From: Vicinamibacterales bacterium
GTDB taxonomy: Bacteria > Acidobacteriota > Vicinamibacteria > Vicinamibacterales > 2-12-FULL-66-21
NCBI GenBank assembly: GCA_048594975.1
Contig: JBMDXQ010000090.1
Location: 7,093-71,092 of the forward strand
DNA length: 64,000 bases
Direction of reading: 5' to 3'
A program made the position numbers and the translations under genes. Positions 1-8,908 of this stretch are shown piece after piece; the stretch's first letter is position 1, and the number at the start of each line of letters is the position of its first letter. The notes beneath the pieces were generated by a model. The model worked only from the letters and a program-made list of their open reading frames with translations. It searched no databases and had not been told where the DNA came from.

Positions 1-831
1 AAGCTTGCCGAGATGACCCTCCGCGAGTACGCCGTCGAGGCGATGCTCTATCGCACCGCCGGCCTGATCGACGCGGCGCTGCAGGGCAGCCACGAAGGCG
101 CGGCCGTGCTGGCGGCCCTCGAGGAGTACGCGATCGAGGCCTCGATCCTGAAGGTCGCGGGCAGCGAGATGATCGACCTCGTCGTGGACGAGAACGTGCA
201 GATACACGGCGGGAACGGGTTCGTGCGCGACTACGCGGCCGAACGCTACTATCGCGACGCCCGGGTGAACCGGATCTTCGAGGGGACCAACGAGATCAAC
301 CGGCTGCTGATCCCGGGCATGCTCGTGCGGCGCGCGGTGAAGGGAGGCCTTGCGCTCATCCCTGCGGCGCGGAAGCTGCAGGAGGAGCTGCTGACGCCGT
401 CGATGCCGGAGCCGATCGGGGACGGCGCGCGGGAGGCGGAACACCGCGCGATCGGGGCCATGAAGAAGGTCGCCCTCATGCTCCTCGGCACCGCGATGCA
501 GACCTACGGCGAGAAGCTCGCGGACGAGCAGGAGGTGCTCACCGCCATCGCCGACGTCGTCATCGACGTGTTCGCGGCGGAGAGCGTGCTGCTGCGCTCG
601 GCCGGCGGCGCCGCGCTCCACCAGGACGCGGCGCGGATCTATATAAATGATGCGGCCGGCAGGGTCGAGCTCGGCGCCCGATCCGCGCTCGCGGCGATGG
701 CCGACGGCGATACGCTGCGGACTCTCCTCGCGGCGCTGCGGCGACTGATGAAGGTGCTGCCGGTCAACACGGTCTCGCTCCGGCGGAAGGTGGCGGAGGC
801 GGTACTCGATCGGAAGGGATATCCTTTCTGA
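1..831 (+). CDS. Acyl-CoA dehydrogenase family protein, C-terminal part (5' truncated by window edge)
   Basis: VQIHGGNGF..Y..ERYYRDARVNRIFEGTNEINR ACAD C-terminal signature; frame open from base 1. Confidence 0.92.
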   Translation, partial: KLAEMTLREYAVEAMLYRTAGLIDAALQGSHEGAAVLAALEEYAIEASILKVAGSEMIDLVVDENVQIHGGNGFVRDYAAERYYRDARVNRIFEGTNEINRLLIPGMLVRRAVKGGLALIPAARKLQEELLTPSMPEPIGDGAREAEHRAIGAMKKVALMLLGTAMQTYGEKLADEQEVLTAIADVVIDVFAAESVLLRSAGGAALHQDAARIYINDAAGRVELGARSALAAMADGDTLRTLLAALRRLMKVLPVNTVSLRRKVAEAVLDRKGYPF

Positions 832-887
832 GTGCCGCAGCCCGCAGGCGACGCCCGCCGCAGGGGCTGGCAGCCGGGAATCAGGCG

Positions 888-1487
888 GTGACGCGACTAG
901 CGCATTCATCAACCATCGCTGGCCTCCTGCTGGTCGCCGTGATCGGCGCGTGTACGACGGCGGAGGCGCCCTACGCGAACGAGATCGACGACTGGCGCGC
1001 GCGAAAGGACGAGTTCATGCGCACCTCCGGCGAGTCGCCGATCCCGGCGGAGAAGCGGGCATCGTTTCCGCCGTTGAACTACTTCCCGGCCGACGAGGAG
1101 TACCGCGTCGCCGCGTCGCTGAAGGTCAACCGCGGCGACGAAGCGATCGAGATGGACACCTCCGACGGCAAGAAGCGGAGGATGCGTCGGATCGGCACGC
1201 TGCAGTTCACGCTGAAGGGGCAGCCGCACACGCTCACCGCCTTCGTCGACGCGAGCGAGAGCGACATGCGGCGCCTGTTCGTGCCGTTCTCGGATCTGAC
1301 CGCCGGGACCGAGACCTATCCCGGCGGCCGCTATCTCGACCTCGATCGCACGGCGACGGGCGTCTACGACCTCGACTTCAACCGCGCGTACAACCCGTTC
1401 TGCTACTTCAATCCGAGCTACGTGTGCCCGGTGCCCCCAAAGGAGAACAGGCTCACCCTCCCGATTCGCGCCGGAGAGAAGCTGTGA
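888..1487 (+). CDS. DUF1684 domain-containing protein (lipoprotein-like N-terminus)
   Basis: FVPFSDLTAGTETYPGGRYLDL, LDFNRAYNPFC, CPVPPKENRL..IRAGEK motifs. Confidence 0.85.
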   Translation: MTRLAHSSTIAGLLLVAVIGACTTAEAPYANEIDDWRARKDEFMRTSGESPIPAEKRASFPPLNYFPADEEYRVAASLKVNRGDEAIEMDTSDGKKRRMRRIGTLQFTLKGQPHTLTAFVDASESDMRRLFVPFSDLTAGTETYPGGRYLDLDRTATGVYDLDFNRAYNPFCYFNPSYVCPVPPKENRLTLPIRAGEKL

Positions 1488-1533
1488 GGCGGCTCGACAC
1501 CACGGGCGCCGAGCGCCGGGCGCCGAGCCCCGA

Positions 1534-2190
1534 ATGATCCGGGCCGTCGTCTTCGACTTCGACGGCGTGCTGGCCGATTCCGAGCCGCTGCACTTCCGCG
1601 CCTACCAGGAAACGCTCGTCGCCTTCGGGATGACGCTGACCGCCGAGGAGTACTACCAGCAGCTGCTCGGGTTCAACGACGAGGACTGCTTCCGGATCAT
1701 GGCGAGCAACCGCGGCCGAACGACAGACGAGGCGGAGGTCGCGGCGTTCGTCGAGCAGAAGGGCCGGGTCTTCGAGCGGATCATCCTGGAGCAGGACACG
1801 CTCTACCCCGGGGCAGCCGAGTGTGTCGAGCGCATGGCGGCGGCCTTCCCGCTGGGTATCGCGTCCGGCGCGTTCCGCCACGAGATCCTGCTCACCCTCG
1901 AGCGGGCCGGACTCGACCACCACTTCCGCTTCGTCGTCGGATCCGGCGACACCCCGCACAGCAAGCCGGCACCCGATCCGTACGTGCGTGCCGCCGAGCT
2001 GCACGGGCTGCCGCCCTCGGAATGCGTGGCGATCGAGGATTCCCGGTGGGGCCTCGAGTCGGCGCGCGCGGCCGGCCTGCGGACCGTCGGCATCACGCAC
2101 ACCTACCCGGCGGCGCAGCTCGGGGACCCGGAAATCGTCATCAACTCGCTGGCGGAGTTCACGCCGAAACTGGTGAGGTTGCTGGGCTGA
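1534..2190 (+). CDS. HAD-superfamily phosphatase (beta-PGM/CbbY-like)
   Basis: FDFDGVLADSE motif I, SKPAPDPY, IEDSRWG. Confidence 0.88.
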   Translation: MIRAVVFDFDGVLADSEPLHFRAYQETLVAFGMTLTAEEYYQQLLGFNDEDCFRIMASNRGRTTDEAEVAAFVEQKGRVFERIILEQDTLYPGAAECVERMAAAFPLGIASGAFRHEILLTLERAGLDHHFRFVVGSGDTPHSKPAPDPYVRAAELHGLPPSECVAIEDSRWGLESARAAGLRTVGITHTYPAAQLGDPEIVINSLAEFTPKLVRLLG

Positions 2191-2236
2191 CGTCCCGAAG
2201 AGCTGCGCCACACGGGTGTGCTACCCTGAGATCACC

Positions 2237-3211
2237 GTGACAGTTCGCGAGGTTCCGAACCTGCAGGCGGCAGTCCGCCTTGTGGCCGACCTGCTCGGCG
2301 CCGAGGTGCAGGGAGGCGGCTGGCCCGCCTACCCCGGCGGCCCGGCGAACGCCGAGTCGACGGCCTTCGCGTGCCTGGCTCTCGCCAGCTCGCAGGCTGG
2401 AGACAGCGGGCGATCGGCGATGCGCGCTGCCGCCGAGCGCGGCTACGCGTGGCTGGCACGGCGGCAGGAGCCGGACGGCGGCTGGCCGCTCAGCGACCAG
2501 GTGCCTGGTTCGACCTGGACGACGGCGCCCGTCGTCCTGGCGTGCGCCGCAGTCGGGCGCGACGACGAGCGCGTGCGCCGCGGGACGGCGTGGCTGATCA
2601 CGCGAAAAGGCAGCGGCTACAGTTTCGCCGGCAGGATCGTGCGCTGGCTGACGGGAGCAGAGGATCCGCGCCAGGTCAACGAGCTCGATATCAGCATCCC
2701 GGGCTGGCCCTGGGCGGACCAGACCGTCAGCTGGGTCGAGCCGACGGCGGTCGCCGTGCTCGCGCTGCGAGCGGCGCTGGCGCGCGGCGCGGTCGACGAT
2801 CGCGACGCGGCCATGCGGCGAATCGGCGAGGCGGTTCGCCTGTTCGCCGATCGCCAGTCCCCGGGCGGCGGGTGGAACTACGGAAACCGGCGCGTCCTCG
2901 GTGAGGACCTCGAGCCCTACCCGGACACGACCGGCTGGGCGCTGCTGGCGTTGCGCCCGGTGGGCCCCGAGGCGACGAAAGAATCGCTCGGGCGACTCGG
3001 ATTCCTGGTGCGGCACACGCGGTCGCCGCTCGCGCGCGCCCTGGCGGTGCTGGCGCTGCGAGCGCACGGCGAGGAGGCGCGCGCGAGCACGGAGCTGCTG
3101 GCGGCGCAGTGCGCCGGCGTTTCCGCCGACACCCCTCCGCACGACACGCGGACGCGCGCCCTGTCCCTTCTCGCGCTGGCCGGGCCGGCGCTGCCCTTCG
3201 AGGTCGCATGA
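2237..3211 (+). CDS. Prenyltransferase/squalene-oxidase-repeat (alpha6-alpha6 barrel) protein; start uncertain (2216 or 2237)
   Basis: QW-like repeats WLARRQEPDGGW and RQSPGGGWNYG; GWPW...SWVEPT; stop overlaps next ATG (ATGA). Confidence 0.7.
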   Translation: MTVREVPNLQAAVRLVADLLGAEVQGGGWPAYPGGPANAESTAFACLALASSQAGDSGRSAMRAAAERGYAWLARRQEPDGGWPLSDQVPGSTWTTAPVVLACAAVGRDDERVRRGTAWLITRKGSGYSFAGRIVRWLTGAEDPRQVNELDISIPGWPWADQTVSWVEPTAVAVLALRAALARGAVDDRDAAMRRIGEAVRLFADRQSPGGGWNYGNRRVLGEDLEPYPDTTGWALLALRPVGPEATKESLGRLGFLVRHTRSPLARALAVLALRAHGEEARASTELLAAQCAGVSADTPPHDTRTRALSLLALAGPALPFEVA

Positions 3212-4206
3212 CATCCCGGCGCCGGTTCATCGGCGCGCTGGCGATCGGGCTCTCGGGGGGAGCAGCCGGCGGGGTCTACCTGCTGCGACGATCTCGCTGG
3301 GATCGGGATGCGTACAGGAAGCCGGCGCGTTCGCAGGTCGCCGTCCTTCGCGCCCGCGCCTACGACGAGCGCCTCGACGACGTGGTGCGCCGCGGCATCG
3401 AGCTCTGCGCGCTGCCCGTCCGCGGCCGCCGCGTCGTGCTGAAGCCGAACATGGTCGAGTTCGATCCTGGCGGGGTCATCAACACCAGCCCGGCGCTGGT
3501 GGCCGCCGCTGCGCGCGTGTTCCGCTCGCTCGACGCGCGCGACGTGGTGGTTGCCGAGGGGCCCGGCCACCGCCGCGACAACGACTACCTGCTCGACGCC
3601 TCCGGCCTGCGGGCGGCGCTGGCCGACGTGGACGTCCGCTACGTCGACCTCAACACCGACGGCGTCCGCCGGATCCCCGCGCGCTCGCGCTTCACGCGCC
3701 TCGAGCACCTCTGGCTGCCGGAGACGATCGCGTCCGCCGATCTTGTCGTCTCGATGCCGAAGTTGAAGACGCACCACTGGGCCGGCGTGACGCTCTCGAT
3801 GAAGAACCTGTTCGGCGTCATGCCCGGCATGGTCTACGGCTGGCCGAAGAACGTGCTGCACCAGCAGGGCATCCCCGCCAGCATCGTCGACATCAACGCG
3901 TCGCTGCCGGCGGCGCGCTTCGCGATCGTCGACGGCATCGTCGGGATGGAAGGGAACGGCCCGATCCAGGGGACGGCGAAGCGGAGCGGCCTGGTCGCGT
4001 TCGGCACCGACTTCGTCGCCGTCGACGCCACGTGCGCGCGGCTGATGACCATCGAACCGGATCGGGTCGAATACCTCCGCAGTGCCGACGAGTTCCTCGG
4101 CAACCTCGCCGAGGAGCGGATCGAGATGCTCGGGGAACCGATCGACGGGCTGCGCCAGGACTACCAGCTGCTCGAGCGGTTCCGGCAGCTGAAGCCGTCA
4201 GCCTGA
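3208..4206 (+). CDS. DUF362 domain-containing protein with twin-arginine-like N-terminal anchor
   Basis: VVLKPNMV, PKLKTHHWAGVTLSMKNLFG, IVDGIVGMEGNGP, DFVAVDATCAR; N-term SRRRF plus hydrophobic stretch. Confidence 0.85.
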   Translation: MTSRRRFIGALAIGLSGGAAGGVYLLRRSRWDRDAYRKPARSQVAVLRARAYDERLDDVVRRGIELCALPVRGRRVVLKPNMVEFDPGGVINTSPALVAAAARVFRSLDARDVVVAEGPGHRRDNDYLLDASGLRAALADVDVRYVDLNTDGVRRIPARSRFTRLEHLWLPETIASADLVVSMPKLKTHHWAGVTLSMKNLFGVMPGMVYGWPKNVLHQQGIPASIVDINASLPAARFAIVDGIVGMEGNGPIQGTAKRSGLVAFGTDFVAVDATCARLMTIEPDRVEYLRSADEFLGNLAEERIEMLGEPIDGLRQDYQLLERFRQLKPSA

Positions 4207-4248
4207 CAGCGGCCGTGATGCGCGCGCCCGTGCTGTCGCGCAGGCGAC

Positions 4249-5331
4249 TCAGGGCACGGCCTCTTCCCGCCGCACCGCGGCGCGGGCGGAGGCGATCAAT
4301 CTTGAGAGACCTTCCGGAGCGTAGAGCACCGCGTACCCCCACAGCGGCGCCGTGACCCAGCCCCAGTACCAATTGAACTCCTGTCCGACGACCCAGAAGA
4401 GCGCGACGTAGAGCAGCAGCGACGCGCGAAGCTGAGGAGGCATGCTGCGCGCCGCCGTGCCGCTCAACCCCAGCACCGCCACGATCGGTGTGACCGCGTG
4501 CGGCAGCACCATGGTCCAGCCGTTCGCCCAAATCGTCTGGAGCACGAACCACCAGCCCAGCAGACGCACCCAGGAGCGGGGCCACGCATAGTCACCCGGC
4601 TGTATCGCGTTCACGACGGCGGTGACGTGGACGGCGTAGTAGACGGCGTAAGCCAGTCCGCCGACGATCCAGACGGCGGCCTCGGTGCGCCGTTTGCGCG
4701 CGAGCGCGAGAACGGCGCAGACGACCGCATACGGCGCGGCGAGCTCGCGCATGAACACGGCGAGCACCGCCGCCAGCGCGCCCGCGGTGAACCAGCGCAG
4801 GTGGCACGCGCCGAGCGAGAGGGCGATGAGGATGCCCGCCCACTGCTCGGCAAACAGGTTCGCCCGGCCGGGCGTGAACCAGACCGGGAGCGTCGTGCCG
4901 AGCAGAACGGCGGCCGCGAGAAGCCCGCCCGGACGGGAGCGCGAGGAAAAAGCGGCTGCACCGGCAGCGACGGCCAGGAGCGCGGCAAGGACGAGCAGCG
5001 TCTTCGATCGCGCCGGCCCGAGCGCGGCGACCGCCGAGTAATGCAGCGGCGTGCGCCAGTTCGCTACGGAGGCCGACGGGTATCCGCGCGCCCGCAGCTC
5101 CGTCCCCACGGCCGCGTAATACGGCTCGCCCCGCCCGATCCTCTCGATGCACGCGGCGTGCAGCGCGTCGTCGTCGAGACCCGGCACCAGGGACAGCCGC
5201 GGATCGAGACGATCTGCGTACGCGAATCCGAGCGCAAGGAGGGCAGCGAGCCCGAGCAGCGCCGCGATCGACAGGTAACGTGGGGGCACGATCGCGCGGC
5301 GCGTCGCTGGCCGGAGCGTCCGCGATGTCAC
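4249..5331 (-). CDS. Polytopic membrane protein, putative GT-C-like glycosyltransferase (paralog B)
   Basis: Multiple TM segments; acidic DDD after first TM; strongly similar to 7762-8889. Confidence 0.65.
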   Translation of the reverse strand: MTSRTLRPATRRAIVPPRYLSIAALLGLAALLALGFAYADRLDPRLSLVPGLDDDALHAACIERIGRGEPYYAAVGTELRARGYPSASVANWRTPLHYSAVAALGPARSKTLLVLAALLAVAAGAAAFSSRSRPGGLLAAAVLLGTTLPVWFTPGRANLFAEQWAGILIALSLGACHLRWFTAGALAAVLAVFMRELAAPYAVVCAVLALARKRRTEAAVWIVGGLAYAVYYAVHVTAVVNAIQPGDYAWPRSWVRLLGWWFVLQTIWANGWTMVLPHAVTPIVAVLGLSGTAARSMPPQLRASLLLYVALFWVVGQEFNWYWGWVTAPLWGYAVLYAPEGLSRLIASARAAVRREEAVP

Positions 5332-5354
5332 ACGGCTCGTAACATACCATCCCC

Positions 5355-7796
5355 TCAGGGCTTCGCGTTCGGTGCGTCGTGCCCGGCGGGTCCCGCGGTC
5401 CGGAATTCAGGACGCGCTCTGCGCATCCAGGGCACCAGCAGGATGAGGGCGACGACCGCGAGAGCAGTTGCGCTCACCGCCCGGCCGCGACGATAGGAGG
5501 GTGGAGCGAACGAGAACACGACGTCGGCAGCTCCTGCACCGACGGGCGTGGCGCGGAACAGGTAGTTGGCGCGGTAAACGGGCGAGGGGATCCCGTTCAC
5601 CTCGGACGTCCACCCCGGATACCACGGGTCGAGAAGCACGACGAAACCGGGCGGGCCCTCCTCGACACGGACGAGCACTCGATTCGGCAGGTGCGCCTGC
5701 ACCGTCGCCTTCCGCGAGTAACCCGCCGTGACCAGCGAACCCTCCCATCCGGTGAGAAGGACCTCGCGGCTGAATTCGGTGTTCTTCAACGTATGGAGGA
5801 CATCCCCCTCCTCCGTCCAGGAGCGCGCCGACCCGACGACGATGACTCTTGGAAAGGCGTCGGTGTTCTCGTACACGTGATACGGCGGCAGCGGCCGGAG
5901 TCCACCAGTGACTACGTTGTACGAGGCGGGCTCGTCGTCCCGGTAGAGGAATCGCCAGCCGCTTCCCGCCAGCATCTCGTTGCCAGGCTGCAGGAGGCAG
6001 CGGACGCCGAGCAAATCGAGCAGCGGTTTGTTGACGATCGGGAAGTCGCGCATGACCGGGAACGTCAGCGGGCCATCGAGCGGACGAAGCTGCCGGTTCT
6101 CGTCCGTGATGAACTGCAGGTAGTTCTTGTAGCGCAAGTAGTCGAGGGGGTTGTAGCCGCGGAGCGATTCGATTCGTCGAATGAGGGCGACTGGCGCCCC
6201 CACCCCGAGCGGTGACCCGTCGTCCGGCCCTGGGCCGTCCCTGTCCAGAAGCCGCGCCCCGCGCGCGACAGACTCGGCGATTCTCACGCCCTCCGAAGCG
6301 GCATAGATCTCCCGTTCCGATCGGACGTCCACGAACGGCCTGGCAATACTCCAGAGATCAACGAGGAGGACGGCGATCCACAGCGCCAGCAACGGCGGCG
6401 AGGCCATCGGGCGGCCAAGGAGCCACCACGCCAGCGGCAGCGTGATCACGAGGGTCACCCAGTAAGGATGGACGAACAGGTCCACGCCCTGGCGCGTCAT
6501 CAGCACCGCCATCACACCACTGGTCGCGGCCACGATGCCGCCGGCGACCGCGAACAGTTCCCGCCGGCGTCTGACAATCGCGGCGGTCACCATCGCGGTC
6601 CTCGAGAGCGCGTCGGTCGTGATTCCGGCGAGGAACGCGATCGGGAACGCCGCGATCAGGAGCATCCGCGACGGGACGCGAAAGGCGCGGAACCCGGGCA
6701 GGCCCTGAAGCGCCAGGGCACCGCCGATCGAGAAGACTATCAGCGAGAGGCACACGGCGGCCTGGAACCTGGTGCGGGCGTTGCGCACCAGGAGGGACAA
6801 CATTGCGGCGACAATCCAGATCACCCCGAAGCCGCCACGACCTTCCCACAGCAGCGAAGACGGCCCGGCGCGAAGCGCCGGCCCGACCAGGCCGAACAGC
6901 GTCCGCACGCCGTCGCTGGCGACGCCTGCCGTATCCACACCCGCGGATCGCGTCGAAAGCGACGCGGCTTCGAGCGTGGGCAGCAGCTGCACGGCTGACA
7001 GAGACAGCGCGATGACGGAGACCCACAGCCCGGTCAGCGCCCACGGCGTGATGAACCTGGAGAGCCCGAGGGACGTCTCCGGTCCTGCACCGGCCGGAGA
7101 TCCCCTGCGCTCAAATGCGGTCCCCGCAGTCCAGACAGCAGCAAAGATCCCGGCGTAGAACGTCCACTGTGGATGGGTGCCAAGGACGACCAGGCCGAGC
7201 ACCACGCCCGACCAGGTTGCGTCGACCAGGCTGCGGCGGCATATGGCGCGTTCCATGCCTAGCAGGAGCAACGGCAGCCAGGCCACTCCCACTGTCACGT
7301 AATGTCCGCCGGCCAACAGGTGGAGCATCCACTTGCCGGCGAACATCCAGCCCATAGCAGCGACGAAGCACGCGGGACGTACGAGACCACGCCAGCGCGC
7401 ATACAGGTGCATCGCCCAGCCGGCCAGGAGCACGTGGAGGACCGTCAGCCAGCTCAGCGCCGCGCCAACGAATTCCTCCGGCAGCGCAAGCAATACCCAG
7501 TGCGGCGGATAGAACATCCCGGCCTGGGGGTCGTGCACGAGTGGGGACCCGGCGAAGTGGTAGGGGTTCCAGAGCGGCAACTCGTGGGTCTCGTGGTACG
7601 AGCGCACGAGGAACCGCTTCAGCGGCAGATGTTCTGCGAGGACGTCCGAGTAGGGCGAGTAGAGGACGAGGCGCGGGTGGAGGAGGAGCTCCGAGAAGAA
7701 GACGAGTCCCAGCGCGCCGAGGAGGAGATACGGGAGAGCGCGCCCCGCCAACCCGCCGCCATCACCGGGCGCCGCGTGTCGAGGCCGCTCTGTCAT
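5355..7796 (-). CDS. YfhO family membrane protein (GT-C fold)
   Basis: LPLWNPYHFAGSPL..DPQ..FYPPHW; C-terminal VVLLDPWYPGW..VNG....VYRANYLFRA..V..G...VVFSFAP; ATG at 7796. Confidence 0.8.
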   Translation of the reverse strand: MTERPRHAAPGDGGGLAGRALPYLLLGALGLVFFSELLLHPRLVLYSPYSDVLAEHLPLKRFLVRSYHETHELPLWNPYHFAGSPLVHDPQAGMFYPPHWVLLALPEEFVGAALSWLTVLHVLLAGWAMHLYARWRGLVRPACFVAAMGWMFAGKWMLHLLAGGHYVTVGVAWLPLLLLGMERAICRRSLVDATWSGVVLGLVVLGTHPQWTFYAGIFAAVWTAGTAFERRGSPAGAGPETSLGLSRFITPWALTGLWVSVIALSLSAVQLLPTLEAASLSTRSAGVDTAGVASDGVRTLFGLVGPALRAGPSSLLWEGRGGFGVIWIVAAMLSLLVRNARTRFQAAVCLSLIVFSIGGALALQGLPGFRAFRVPSRMLLIAAFPIAFLAGITTDALSRTAMVTAAIVRRRRELFAVAGGIVAATSGVMAVLMTRQGVDLFVHPYWVTLVITLPLAWWLLGRPMASPPLLALWIAVLLVDLWSIARPFVDVRSEREIYAASEGVRIAESVARGARLLDRDGPGPDDGSPLGVGAPVALIRRIESLRGYNPLDYLRYKNYLQFITDENRQLRPLDGPLTFPVMRDFPIVNKPLLDLLGVRCLLQPGNEMLAGSGWRFLYRDDEPASYNVVTGGLRPLPPYHVYENTDAFPRVIVVGSARSWTEEGDVLHTLKNTEFSREVLLTGWEGSLVTAGYSRKATVQAHLPNRVLVRVEEGPPGFVVLLDPWYPGWTSEVNGIPSPVYRANYLFRATPVGAGAADVVFSFAPPSYRRGRAVSATALAVVALILLVPWMRRARPEFRTAGPAGHDAPNAKP

Positions 7797-8889
7797 GCAG
7801 CAGCTTGTAGTCCGATGGTCTTCGGATCTGAATTCCCGCCGCTTTCGTCCACAACTGCCGTACTCCGAGAAGCCCGTACCCGATTGCCAGGGCCCATGTC
7901 GGCGCAACGAGCAGGCCCCAGTAGCTGTTGACGGGCTGTCCGATGATCGCAAAGAACGCGAGATACGTTGCCACGCAGGCTTTCAGGTGGCGTGGCGCAG
8001 AAGACCAGAAGCTGGCCGCGACCAGCGTGCAGGCGAGCGCGACGATCCAGGCAGCGGCAAGCGGAAACCAGCTCCCGAATCGAATTGCCGACAGGATAAA
8101 CCGCAGACCGCCAAACTGGATCCAAGCCGACGTATACGCCAAATCAGTGGCAAGGATCTGATTCTGAATCATGTGCACGTGGTACGCGTAGTAGGCGAGA
8201 AAGGACAGAAGTCCGATGGCCCAGACGCTCGCCTCGCGCCACCGTCGGCCCGTGATCGCCATGACACCGCACACGAGCGCGAACGGCGCGACCAGCTCCC
8301 GCACGAACAGGCCAGCGAGGACGAGGATGGCACCGGCAGTGTGCCAGCGCCGCGCGTACGCCAGGACCGCGAGCGCGAGCAGCAGGCCGGCCCATGCTTC
8401 CGCAAACAGCCGCCCCAGCGACGTCAGCGGCGCAATGATCGCGCCGAGTTCCAGGGCCACGATGGTCATCAACGCGGCCAGCGGCAGCCGGTTGGACAGT
8501 TCGATGGTGGCCAGGAGCACCGCCCCGAGCAGAGCGAACAGCACCACTCGCGTCACCACTCCGCCATGCGCGAACGCCGCGTACAACGTCGGCAGCCGCC
8601 AGTTGAAGACACTTCGCACCGGGTAGTTCCCGGCGCGCAGCTCCGCGCCCATCGCCTCGTAGTACGAGGCCCCGCCGACGATGCGCTTGACGACCGCGTC
8701 GAAGGTCTGCGGATCGCTCCAGTCGGAACGGGTGGTCTTTTGAGAGGTCGTGACGGGCTGACTCGCAGCGGCGACGGCCAGGAGCAGAAGGCCGGACAGG
8801 ACGGCGCGCGCAAGCCACTGCTGCTGAACCGGCCGCATCGGCAGGCCCGTCGGGGCGGCGACGACGACGACGGGCGCGTGAGCGGGCAT
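7762..8889 (-). CDS. Polytopic membrane protein, putative GT-C-like glycosyltransferase (paralog A)
   Basis: YYEAMGAELRAGNYP..SVFNWRLP, LFAEAWAG, VRELVAP, GQPVNSYWG shared with 4249-5331. Confidence 0.65.
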   Translation of the reverse strand: MPAHAPVVVVAAPTGLPMRPVQQQWLARAVLSGLLLLAVAAASQPVTTSQKTTRSDWSDPQTFDAVVKRIVGGASYYEAMGAELRAGNYPVRSVFNWRLPTLYAAFAHGGVVTRVVLFALLGAVLLATIELSNRLPLAALMTIVALELGAIIAPLTSLGRLFAEAWAGLLLALAVLAYARRWHTAGAILVLAGLFVRELVAPFALVCGVMAITGRRWREASVWAIGLLSFLAYYAYHVHMIQNQILATDLAYTSAWIQFGGLRFILSAIRFGSWFPLAAAWIVALACTLVAASFWSSAPRHLKACVATYLAFFAIIGQPVNSYWGLLVAPTWALAIGYGLLGVRQLWTKAAGIQIRRPSDYKLLHDRAASTRGAR

Positions 8890-8908
8890 CGCGGTGCAGC
8901 TGCACTCC

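Noticed and set aside
2237-3211. Squalene-hopene cyclase call
   Set aside because: About half the SHC length and no DxDD motif
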